In this document: in pieces, positions 25,279 through 35,235 of the stretch | Numbering within the stretch: position 1 is the stretch's first letter | Layout of the letters: each line of letters opens with the position of its first letter | NCBI GenBank assembly: GCA_035632455.1 | Contig: DASQGS010000181.1 | Span: 1-40,211, forward strand | Reading direction: 5' to 3' | Length of the DNA stretch: 40,211 nucleotides | From: Thermoanaerobaculia bacterium | Lineage (GTDB): Bacteria; Acidobacteriota; Thermoanaerobaculia; Gp7-AA8 | Program-made: the position numbers and the translations under genes | The notes under the pieces: generated by a model | The model's input: only the letters and a program-made list of their open reading frames with translations | The model's database searches: none | What the model was told of the DNA's origin: nothing

Positions 25279-25312
25279 AAGCAGTGATCAGTGGTCAGTG
25301 GTCGGTGGTCGG
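25279..25312. repeat. CAGTGGT heptamer array (family 1), no inverted partner
   Basis: AAGCAGTGATC AGTGGTC AGTGGTC GGTGGTC GG, directly downstream (in gene sense) of the GT2 stop at 25317. It shares the AAGCAGTGATCAG head with 31428-31440 and with the reverse complement of 37880-37897. Confidence 0.8.
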
Positions 25313-25316
25313 CGCG

Positions 25317-26252
25317 TCATCCTGAGCGTGATTCTCCCGGCATCGATCGCTCCAATAGCCGCGGACCCTGCCTCCGCAGTCGCAGCGCCCCGAAATATCC
25401 TCTCGCCTCTCCGATCAACTTCGCCGGAATCCACCACGGATGCCGGAGCAGATAGCGAGTGGCGATGGTCTTCTGCAAACGGGTTGCCGCGTACCTCCAC
25501 ATCGGCCCGCGGAAGTGTTGAAGGGCGAAGTAGTAGTCCCCGATCGAATGCGCCGCCGACGATGTGCGGCGATGGTCGCCGTAGGTGCGGACGCCGCCGG
25601 ATGCGATCCTCAGATGTCGAATACCGGCGCCCGGCTCGAACCAGATCGCTCCACCGGCATCGACGACGCGGCGGGCGAAATCGGTCTCGAACCGATATGC
25701 CGTGCCGATGTAGTTCTCGTCGAACCCACCAAGCGCGAGGGCCCGCTCGCGAACGACGGAGAGATTGCCGGCCATGACGTTCTCCACGCGGGTACCGGCG
25801 CTGGAGTTGAACAGGAAGTCGAGATCGGGAATCTGCCCTGGCCGAGCAGCCGGTCGCTCGAACGACACCGGCGTCTCTCCCGGCTGAAGGATCTGACCGA
25901 CGACCGCCCAGATCGATGCGTCGCCATGGCGCAGAGCGTGCTGCACCACGAGGTTGCCGATCGGCTCGATGTCGTCATCGAGAAACAGCACGAGCGGTTT
26001 GCCCGCCAGCAACAGCGCAACGTTCATCGCCCTCGGAATCGAAGGCCGGTCGAGCCGCTCCCACCGAATCGTTCCTGCGGCGCTCCACGCTTCAAGACGG
26101 GCGAGGATCTGCTCCGGATGCTGCGCGGTTTGATCGACAACGAGAATCTCCCCAGGCGGATCAGGGAGCTCCAGCAGGCGGGCGATCGTCTCGACGAGAA
26201 TCGGACCACGGTTGTAGCTCGGAATCGCGACCGTCACGTCCGATGCGTGCAT
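25317..26252 (-). CDS. Family 2 glycosyltransferase
   Basis: ATG 26252 gives MHASDVTVAIPSYNRGPILVETIARLLEL...ILVVDQT...FLDDDIEP (GT-A DxD region). The last 8 codons (PGESRSG-stop) are encoded by a GCGTCATCCTGAGCG REP-like sequence. Confidence 0.85.
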   Translation of the reverse strand: MHASDVTVAIPSYNRGPILVETIARLLELPDPPGEILVVDQTAQHPEQILARLEAWSAAGTIRWERLDRPSIPRAMNVALLLAGKPLVLFLDDDIEPIGNLVVQHALRHGDASIWAVVGQILQPGETPVSFERPAARPGQIPDLDFLFNSSAGTRVENVMAGNLSVVRERALALGGFDENYIGTAYRFETDFARRVVDAGGAIWFEPGAGIRHLRIASGGVRTYGDHRRTSSAAHSIGDYYFALQHFRGPMWRYAATRLQKTIATRYLLRHPWWIPAKLIGEARGYFGALRLRRQGPRLLERSMPGESRSG

Positions 26253-26259
26253 GCGAGGG

Positions 26260-26496
26260 TCACCTTTGTGATCGCCACTGATGGCCGCAATCGAGACAGA
26301 CGCGCTCGTTGAGCACAAGGTGAGCGATGACGATCGCCGCGATCATGATTCCAGCAACCAGACCTGCATTCAGCTTCGCCGCAAGGACAGCCAACAAGCC
26401 CGCCGCGACAAGCGCGAGATACACCCCCCAGGTCCTCCGGCCGCCGCGCCTGACGTGAGCGGAGTCGCAATTCGGGCAGGTGCGGTGGTCAGTCAT
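26260..26496 (-). CDS. Small membrane protein with split zinc ribbon (CPNC ... CLDC)
   Basis: [19 protein letters not shown]...two hydrophobic helices...ERVCLDCGHQW. The stop lies 7 nt before the GT2 ATG, and its ATG overlaps the stop of the upstream small ORF (ATGA at 26496-26493). Confidence 0.6.
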   Translation of the reverse strand: MTDHRTCPNCDSAHVRRGGRRTWGVYLALVAAGLLAVLAAKLNAGLVAGIMIAAIVIAHLVLNERVCLDCGHQWRSQR

Positions 26497-26672
26497 GCCG
26501 CGCGCGTGCATGTCTCGGCAGTTTGCGGGATTCGATCGAGCAGGGCGATCAATTCCTCGTCGACGTCGCTGGGCTCCAGGAAGCCGGCGAGCGCGACATA
26601 ATTGGTGTGGACACTCTCGATCTCGATTGCCGTGAGCATTTGACCGCCGCTGATTGTATATTCACTCATCAT
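26493..26672 (-). CDS. Possible small ORF (59 aa), first gene of the minus-strand GT2 operon
   Basis: [59 protein letters not shown]. This is the only part of ORF 26493..27221 that is not antisense to the SDR gene. It is translationally coupled (ATGA) to the zinc-ribbon ORF. No homology recognised, and its ATG overlaps the divergent SDR ATG. Confidence 0.35.
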   Translation of the reverse strand: MMSEYTISGGQMLTAIEIESVHTNYVALAGFLEPSDVDEELIALLDRIPQTAETCTRAA

Positions 26673-27459
26673 GGACCTCGGAATCCGCAATCGCATCGCC
26701 ATGGTCGCCGCAGCCAGCCAGGGGCTCGGGCGTGCCGCCGCTGAGGCCCTGGCGCGCGAGGGGTGCCGGGTATCGATCTGCTCGCGCTCGCTGGAGTCGC
26801 TCGAAGACGCCCGGCGCGCGATCGAGGCGCGCGGCAGCGACGTGCTGGCCGTGTCGTGCGACGTGACGAAGGCGGACGATCTCCGGCGGTGGTTTGATGC
26901 GACCATCGAGCGCTTCGGGCAGGTCGACATCCTGGTGACGAACACGGGCGGGCCGCCGGCAGCGAGATTCCTCGACCTGTCAGAAGAGGATTGGCGGCAG
27001 GGCATCGACTCCACGCTGATGAATGTCGTGCGGCTCTCGGGCCTCGTCATCCCCGACATGAGGAAGCGGAAGTGGGGGCGGATCGTCCACATCACTTCGC
27101 TCGTCGCGAAGCAGCCGACGGAACTGATCACCATCTCCAGCACGCTGCGAGCCGGCATCTCGGCCCTCACGAAGACGCTCGCCGACCAAGTGGCAAGGGA
27201 CGGCATCCTGGTCAACGCCATCCTGCCGGGCCACTACCTGACCGGCCGCCAGCAGCATCTCGCCGAGATCCGCGCGAAGGAGCAGGGAATCACACCGGAG
27301 CAATATCTCGAAAAAGCCGTCGAATCGATTCCGCTCGGTCGCTACGGGCGCCCGGAGGAGTTGGGCGATGCCATCGCGTTTCTCTGCAGCGAGCGCGCCA
27401 GTTTCATCACCGGCACCAGCATGCAGGTCGACGGCGGACAGATAAGGTCCACGTTTTGA
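26671..27459 (+). CDS. SDR-family oxidoreductase (3-oxoacyl-ACP-reductase-like)
   Basis: [26 protein letters not shown] (Gly-rich NAD(P) motif), ILVTNTGG, and S...[10 protein letters not shown] in place of the YxxxK region, then VNAILPG. Confidence 0.9.
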   Translation: MDLGIRNRIAMVAAASQGLGRAAAEALAREGCRVSICSRSLESLEDARRAIEARGSDVLAVSCDVTKADDLRRWFDATIERFGQVDILVTNTGGPPAARFLDLSEEDWRQGIDSTLMNVVRLSGLVIPDMRKRKWGRIVHITSLVAKQPTELITISSTLRAGISALTKTLADQVARDGILVNAILPGHYLTGRQQHLAEIRAKEQGITPEQYLEKAVESIPLGRYGRPEELGDAIAFLCSERASFITGTSMQVDGGQIRSTF

Positions 27460-27661
27460 TATGGACTGCGGCGGCTCGCCGCGTATGGACTGCGGCGGCG
27501 AGGCCGCCGCTTTCGATGACCACTGCGCAAGTCCACAGTTTCTTGAGCGTGCCGATTTAAGCTCGCTGCGTAAGCTCACGACCGCCGCTTCGTGGCGCGG
27601 AAAGCGGCAGCCTAGCTGCCGCAGTCCATATGACGGCGGCGAGCCGCCGCAGTCCATATGG
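27459..27661. repeat. 203-nt compound palindrome filling the SDR/tsaD convergent junction
   Basis: There are three stem segments. ATATGGACTGCGGCGGCTCGCCG (27459-27481) pairs perfectly with 27637-27659 (23 bp). TATGGACTGCGGC (27484-27496) pairs perfectly with 27618-27630 (13 bp). GCCGCCGCTTTCG (27503-27515) pairs imperfectly with 27598-27611. Each arm carries TATGGACTGCGGCGG twice. The central loop is about 82 nt. Confidence 0.92.
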
Positions 27662-28720
27662 TCACCCGATGCGCGACCTGGCGGCGACGCGCCGCGGATC
27701 CTGCGCTTCGTTGCTCCGCTGCAATCCGGCGAACGCGATCATGGCGGCGTTGTCGGTGCAGTAGCGCTTTTCAGGCAGGCGAACGATGAGGCCGCGCTGC
27801 CTGCCCCATGCCGCCATGCGGTCGCGCAACACGCCGTTGGCGGCAACGCCGCCTGCGATCACGACCTCGGCCGGCATCGGCTCGCGCTCGCGCAAGAGGC
27901 GCGACCAAATCGTCTCCAGCCGGTCGAACAGTTGCTCGAACAGAGCGTCCTGGAATGTCGCGCAGAAGACTGCGAGGTTGCCGGCGCCGGAAGCGTCTGC
28001 CTGCGCGTGGATGCCGTGTGTGCGCGCCAGCCGGATCGCTCCGGCCTTGATGCCGGAATACGAGAAATCGACCGAGTCGTCCTTGAACTGCGGAACCGGG
28101 AAGGGGAAGCGGCCTCGATCGGCCGTGCCGGCTCGGGCGTGCTTCTCGATTTGTGGACCGCCCGGGTAAGGTAGCCCGATGAACTTCGCCACTTTGTCGA
28201 ACGTCTCGCCGATGGCGTCGTCGCGAGTACGGTTGAGCATTGTCACGGCCGGCGCCTTGCCGTCTTCGCCGCGCCGGATGTCGTAGATCGACGAGTGGCC
28301 GCCGGAGATGACGAGGCTGAGGAATCGCGCCGGAAGTGGACTCGCCGGCCCCTCGGTTTGCAGGTACGGGGAGAAGATGTGGCCTTCGAGATGGTTCACC
28401 GAGATCAGCGGAATACCGAGGCCGTAGGCCAGGCCCTGGGCTCCCGCCACGCCGACCATAAGAGCACCGATCAAACCGGGGCCGGAGGTGACGGCGACTG
28501 CGTCGACGCCGTTCCAGTTCGTGGCGCTATCGTCGAGAGCGCGCCGAATCAGCGGGAAGAGATGTTGCAGATGCTCGCGCGAGGCGATCTCGGGAACGAC
28601 GCCGCCGAAGGGCTGATGGCGGTCGATCTGCGAGGCGATCAGGTTGACGAGGACCGAGCCATCGCGCTCGAGCAGCGCGACCGAAGTTTCGTCGCAAGAG
28701 GTTTCGATGCCGAGGATCAT
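27662..28720 (-). CDS. tsaD: tRNA N6-adenosine threonylcarbamoyltransferase TsaD
   Basis: ATG 28720 gives MILGIETSCDETSVALL...HLEGHIF...GGVAAN..., the canonical Kae1/TsaD signature. Confidence 0.95.
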   Translation of the reverse strand: MILGIETSCDETSVALLERDGSVLVNLIASQIDRHQPFGGVVPEIASREHLQHLFPLIRRALDDSATNWNGVDAVAVTSGPGLIGALMVGVAGAQGLAYGLGIPLISVNHLEGHIFSPYLQTEGPASPLPARFLSLVISGGHSSIYDIRRGEDGKAPAVTMLNRTRDDAIGETFDKVAKFIGLPYPGGPQIEKHARAGTADRGRFPFPVPQFKDDSVDFSYSGIKAGAIRLARTHGIHAQADASGAGNLAVFCATFQDALFEQLFDRLETIWSRLLREREPMPAEVVIAGGVAANGVLRDRMAAWGRQRGLIVRLPEKRYCTDNAAMIAFAGLQRSNEAQDPRRVAARSRIG

Positions 28721-28747
28721 GAGAAGCAAGTGTTCGAACTGAAGGAA

Positions 28748-28784
28748 GCTCACGCGAAGACGCGAAGGCGCGAAACGACCTCAG
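28748..28784. repeat. Half-copy of the CACGCGAAGACGCGAAGG family in the tsaD/valS divergent spacer
   Basis: GCTCACGCGAAGACGCGAAGGCGCGAAACGACCTCAG. The first 27 nt are identical to 317-343 and both copies end in ACC(C)TCAG. No inverted partner nearby. Confidence 0.75.
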
Positions 28785-28793
28785 TTTGACATA

Positions 28794-31427
<2,634 letters not shown>

Positions 31428-31436
<9 letters not shown>

Positions 31437-31467
31437 TCAGCGGTTAGTGGTGATCAGTAGGTGGTGG
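31428..31467. repeat. Degenerate CAGTGGT-family array overlapping the valS stop
   Basis: CAGCAGTGATC AGCGGTT AGTGGTG ATCAGTA GGTGGTG GGC. The TGA of the CAGTGA head (31434-31436) is the valS stop codon. Confidence 0.6.
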
Positions 31468-31533
31468 GCACGGCAGACGCCCTAGACGACGTTTCTCCGC
31501 GATAATCGACGTATCAAGCGGTAGAATTCGTCT

Positions 31534-31752
31534 ATGGCAGGAGCATCTCTAGACCAATTGCTCGAGCTCACCACCGATGAGCGACTCGATATCGTCCAAG
31601 CGATTTGGGACAGCTTGGCACAAAACCCGGAAGCCGTACCGATCACTCAGGCACAACGCGACGAGCTTGACCGAAGGCTGAAAGCCTACGAACAGGACGG
31701 CGATGCCGGAGAGAGTTGGGAATCGGTGAAGCGCTCGTTGCGAGACGAATGA
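31534..31752 (+). CDS. Putative addiction-module antitoxin component (72 aa)
   Basis: LLELTTDERLDIVQAIWDSLAQNPEAVPITQAQRDELDRRLKAYEQDGDAGESWESVKRSL. This fits the pattern of the 'putative addiction module component' family that pairs with ParE/RelE-type toxins (recognised from memory). Confidence 0.7.
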   Translation: MAGASLDQLLELTTDERLDIVQAIWDSLAQNPEAVPITQAQRDELDRRLKAYEQDGDAGESWESVKRSLRDE

Positions 31753-31838
31753 CTCGCGATCTGTTCATCCGTCGCGAATTTGAGTCGTTTCCTTCAAGAA
31801 TCCCAGCTCTTGCCGCGCCTCGTGTACGATTTGCGCGG

Positions 31839-32609
31839 ATGATCTCGATCGACACGCGGCGGATCGTGGCCGGACTGAAGACCATCGAGTCGATCGCCGT
31901 CATCTCGCGCGTCTCCTCCACCAACCTCATCGCACGGCGCGTCGTCAGCGAATGCATCGACAACGATTTGCCCCTTCCGTCTGCGATCATCATTGCCGGC
32001 GAGCAATTCGCGGGACGTGGGCGGAACGGCCGCCACTGGTCCTCGCCTGCCGGAAAGGGGATCTACGCGACGACGTTACTGTCGAGACCGGCGGCGGAGC
32101 TGGCCATGCTGCCGCTGGAGATCGCGAATATCGTCGCCGGATACCTGCGTGAGGTATTCGCAATCGAAGCCGGGATCAAATGGCCGAACGACATTCTCGC
32201 CGGCGGCCGGAAGATCGCCGGCATCCTGATCGAAGCCCGCGTTCAGGACGACCGGGCCTTTCTACTCGCCGGCACCGGCGTGAACGTCGAGCCGGTGAAG
32301 AACGAGTCGCACGCAAACGCCGTCGCCATCAGTGAGGCCGCCCCGCGCAACTTCACCGGCATCGCCGACGCCACCGTGGCCTTCATCGAATACGTCGACG
32401 AGCGCCTCAGGCGCCAGTTCGACCCGGATCGCGTTCTGACCGAGTGGCGACGCCTCACCGTCCACCGCTCCGGCGACCGCATCACCTGCGCCATTGGCGA
32501 CCGGACGGTCTTCGGCACGTGGGGAGGCATCGACGATCACGGTCGCGCGCTGATCAGACAAGGCGAGGAAACGGCGGCAATCTCGGCGGGCGATCTGATC
32601 ATGACGTAG
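31839..32609 (+). CDS. birA: Biotin--[acetyl-CoA-carboxylase] ligase (group I BirA, no HTH)
   Basis: ATG 31839 is internal to ORF 31716..32609. Motifs: SRVSSTNLIA..., GEQFAGRGRNGRHWSSPAGKGIY (GRGRxGRxWxSP) and GIKWPNDIL...KIAGILIE. Confidence 0.85.
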   Translation: MISIDTRRIVAGLKTIESIAVISRVSSTNLIARRVVSECIDNDLPLPSAIIIAGEQFAGRGRNGRHWSSPAGKGIYATTLLSRPAAELAMLPLEIANIVAGYLREVFAIEAGIKWPNDILAGGRKIAGILIEARVQDDRAFLLAGTGVNVEPVKNESHANAVAISEAAPRNFTGIADATVAFIEYVDERLRRQFDPDRVLTEWRRLTVHRSGDRITCAIGDRTVFGTWGGIDDHGRALIRQGEETAAISAGDLIMT

Positions 32610-32621
32610 GTGTCGGCCTTC

Positions 32622-32736
32622 CGTCATCCTGAGGCGGCGGCACCCCGGAGGAGTAGAGCGCGCCGAAGGATCTCCTTGCGCCAACGGCGTTCCTGCCGAG
32701 GAGATCCTTCGCCGTCTACGCGGCTCAGGATGACGC
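32622..32736. repeat. Inverted pair of GTCATCCTGAG...GGATCTCC REP-like units (BIME-like) in the birA/qor convergent junction
   Basis: The left unit spans 32622-32678 (CGTCATCCTGAG...GAAGGATCTCCTTG). The right unit spans 32698-32736 (GAGGAGATCCTTCGCCGTCTACGCGGCTCAGGATGACGC). Both terminal boxes are perfectly complementary. The 19-nt spacer contains CGCC-AAC-GGCG. Confidence 0.88.
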
Positions 32737-32754
32737 ATGACGTGACGCTCCGTG

Positions 32755-33720
32755 TCACGGAATCAGCAGCACCTTTCCCGTCGTCTTCCGCGCCTCCAGC
32801 AGTTGATGTGCCTCGCCCGCCCTTTGCAGAGGAAACTCGCCGCCGATCCGGATCTTGAGCGCGCCGCTGCGAATCCATCCGAGGACTTCGCCGGCGCGCC
32901 AGAGCAACTCGTCGCGCGTGGTCGAGTAATGAGCGAGGCTCGGTCGCGTGAGAAACACACCGTTCTTCGCGAGTCTCGAGGGATCAACGGGCGCCACGGT
33001 GCCGCTCGATTGTCCGAACAGCGCCAGCGTTCCGCGCAAGCCGACGCAATTGAGGCTCTTGTCGAATGTCGTCTTGCCGACGGAGTCGTACACGACGTTC
33101 ACGCCCTTGCCGCCGGTGAGCCGCAGCACCTCGGCCTCGAAGTCGCTGGTCGTGTAGAGGATCACCACGTCGGCTCCCGCCTTCCGCGCGATCGCCGCTT
33201 TCTCCTCGGTCGAGACCGTTGCAAACACCTTTGCTCCCCGCTTCTTCGCGATTTGCACGAGAAGCCCTCCCGCTCCACCGGCAGCGGCGTGCACCAGCGC
33301 GCTGTCTCCTTCTTTCAAGGCGTAGGTACTGACGGCGAGGTAGTGCGCCGTCATGCCCTGCAGCATCGCCGCGGCGGCCGTCCGCGTGTCGACACCGTCC
33401 GGAATCGGCACCAGCTTCCACGCCGGAGCGACGGCGTAGTCCGCGTACGCGCCAGGGACCATCGCATAGGCCACGCGATCTCCAACGCGCAGATTCTCCA
33501 CGCCCGCGCCGACTTTCTCTACGGTTCCCGCGGCCTCCAAACCTGGCGTAAACGGCGTCGCGAGCTTGTACAAACCGGTGCGGTGGTAGACGTCGATGAA
33601 ATTGAGCCCGATGGCCTCGATCTTCACCAGCGCCTCTCCTGCTGCCGGTTCCGGCGTCGGGATGTCGACGTATTCGAGAACCTCGGGACCGCCGGTAGCT
33701 GAAACGCGAATGGCTCGCAT
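32755..33720 (-). CDS. NADPH:quinone oxidoreductase (zeta-crystallin/MDR family)
   Basis: 321 aa: MRAIRVSATGGPEVLEYVDIPTPEPAAGEALVKIEAIGLNFIDVYHRTGLY...VHAAAGGAGGLLVQIAK. Confidence 0.9.
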   Translation of the reverse strand: MRAIRVSATGGPEVLEYVDIPTPEPAAGEALVKIEAIGLNFIDVYHRTGLYKLATPFTPGLEAAGTVEKVGAGVENLRVGDRVAYAMVPGAYADYAVAPAWKLVPIPDGVDTRTAAAAMLQGMTAHYLAVSTYALKEGDSALVHAAAGGAGGLLVQIAKKRGAKVFATVSTEEKAAIARKAGADVVILYTTSDFEAEVLRLTGGKGVNVVYDSVGKTTFDKSLNCVGLRGTLALFGQSSGTVAPVDPSRLAKNGVFLTRPSLAHYSTTRDELLWRAGEVLGWIRSGALKIRIGGEFPLQRAGEAHQLLEARKTTGKVLLIP

Positions 33721-33771
33721 GGCTTTGTACCTCCGGGCGGGGATTTTATTCTGAGTTGAAACCTCGGGTTT

Positions 33772-33815
33772 GTCAGTGGTCAGTTAGTGGTCAGTGGTCA
33801 GTGGTTAGTGGTCAG
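33772..33815. repeat. CAGTGGT heptamer array (family 1), about 6 units
   Basis: GTCAGTGGT CAGTTAGTGGT CAGTGGT CAGTGGT TAGTGGT CAGG, located between the qor start and the GGDEF stop (33828). No inverted partner. Confidence 0.85.
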
Positions 33816-33827
33816 GGCGACCGAGTA

Positions 33828-35114
33828 CTATGCCGATCGCTGTGCCGCAGGCGCGATCACGCGGTTGCGGCCTTCGCGCTTGGCCTGGTACAGGCGCTCG
33901 TCGGCGCGGCCGATGAGCTCCTGCGGCGCGGCGCCGTCTTCCGGAAAGACCGCGACGCCGATGCTCACCGTGACGCCGCGGCCGCCGGCGGGAGGCTGGA
34001 GTGCTTCGACGTTTGCGCGGATTCGCTCGGCCATGGCAACGAGCCCAGCGAGATCGATCTGCGGCGCGATGACCACGAACTCCTCGCCGCCGTAACGCGC
34101 CGGAAAATCGACCGCGCGCAGAGTGTCGCTGATCGCTCGTGAGACGCGCTGCAAGGCCTCGTTCCCCGCGGGATGTCCGAGCTCATCGTTGTAGGCCTTG
34201 AACTTGTCGAGATCGAGGACCAGAACGCCGAATCGCTCGGGATAGCGGCCTGCGCGCTCGATCTCTTCATCGAGGCGCTCGCGGAACGCGCGGAAATTCG
34301 GCAGCCCGGTCAGCTCGTCCGTGCGGGCGTGCGCCGCCAGGGCGGCATGCGACGCTGTGAGTGCGTCGGCCATGTGGTTGAACGCCTCGGCGAGCCGGGC
34401 GATCTCGCGATCGCCCGCAACCGGCGCCCGCGCGCCGAGATCGCCCGCCGCGATGCGGCCGGACGCTGCCGAGAGGTCCTCGAGCGGCCGCACCACTCGG
34501 GCGACGGTGAGGCGGACGACGGCGAAGCTGCAGATCGCGACGATCCAGGCGATCGACAGACCACTCCACATCATCGAGCGCGTGTCGCGCTCCAGCTCGG
34601 GCAACTGCCGGGCGATGGCTTGCTTCCGCGAATCGATGACTTCCTGCGCCGCCCGGTTCACGTCGGAGGAGATCTGAGCCATTTCGGCGAGCGATTGGCC
34701 GCGCGCCGCGGGAGATGCCGCGGGCCAATCGACAACGGCATCGGTGACACTCGCTCCGAACGCCTTCACCTTCGCTCGCAGGATCCCGAGCGGAAGCGTG
34801 TCGAGGGCATCGTTCTGCAGGAGCTGCGAAACCGCGCGGTAGCGCTCCACAGCACGCGGCGGAATCGCGCCGCTCGCGGCCTCCGACTCGAACCGCGATC
34901 GGAATGCGTTCTGCGCGCGAATCAGCTCCTCGAGCGACGCGATGGCCCGAGCCTCGACGCCAATCAGATGGCTCCACCGTTCCTGCGATGCTTTGGCCTG
35001 CCAACTCAACCCGAACGTGATGGCGAAGAGGGCGAGCGCGAACACCCAAGTCAACAGGATCACGCGCGACCGAAGCCGCATCCGGCGATCGACTCGGTCG
35101 TATTGCCGGGTCAT
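33828..35114 (-). CDS. Membrane-bound diguanylate cyclase (periplasmic sensor region, HAMP, GGDEF)
   Basis: 428 aa with an N-terminal TM, a second TM plus HAMP (VRPLEDLSAASGRIAAGDLGARAP), then DELTGLPNFRAF...VLDLDKFKAYNDELGHPAGN...RYGGEEFVVIAP (GGEEF active site). Confidence 0.9.
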   Translation of the reverse strand: MTRQYDRVDRRMRLRSRVILLTWVFALALFAITFGLSWQAKASQERWSHLIGVEARAIASLEELIRAQNAFRSRFESEAASGAIPPRAVERYRAVSQLLQNDALDTLPLGILRAKVKAFGASVTDAVVDWPAASPAARGQSLAEMAQISSDVNRAAQEVIDSRKQAIARQLPELERDTRSMMWSGLSIAWIVAICSFAVVRLTVARVVRPLEDLSAASGRIAAGDLGARAPVAGDREIARLAEAFNHMADALTASHAALAAHARTDELTGLPNFRAFRERLDEEIERAGRYPERFGVLVLDLDKFKAYNDELGHPAGNEALQRVSRAISDTLRAVDFPARYGGEEFVVIAPQIDLAGLVAMAERIRANVEALQPPAGGRGVTVSIGVAVFPEDGAAPQELIGRADERLYQAKREGRNRVIAPAAQRSA

Positions 35115-35235
35115 GACGCGCTCGCACCCGGCGGCTTCAGGTGGGTACGCAAGTTGCCGATCGCGAGATCACGAGGCACGAAGAAAGAATAGCAGGAGGA
35201 CTTGCAAACGCAGGCGCTGCCGATCCAGTCTTCCC

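Noticed and set aside
26673-27221. Upstream 183 codons of ORF 26493..27221 (minus strand)
   Set aside because: It is antisense to the SDR gene, which has a clear Rossmann glycine motif and an SDR core. Only the last 59 codons, outside the SDR gene, were kept, as a low-confidence small ORF.
31749-31838. birA starting at ATG 31749, coupled to the antitoxin stop
   Set aside because: The extra 30 residues are not BirA-like. Starting at ATG 31839 places the STN motif at the usual distance from the N-terminus. The segment is better explained as a toxin-gene remnant, though this remains unverified.
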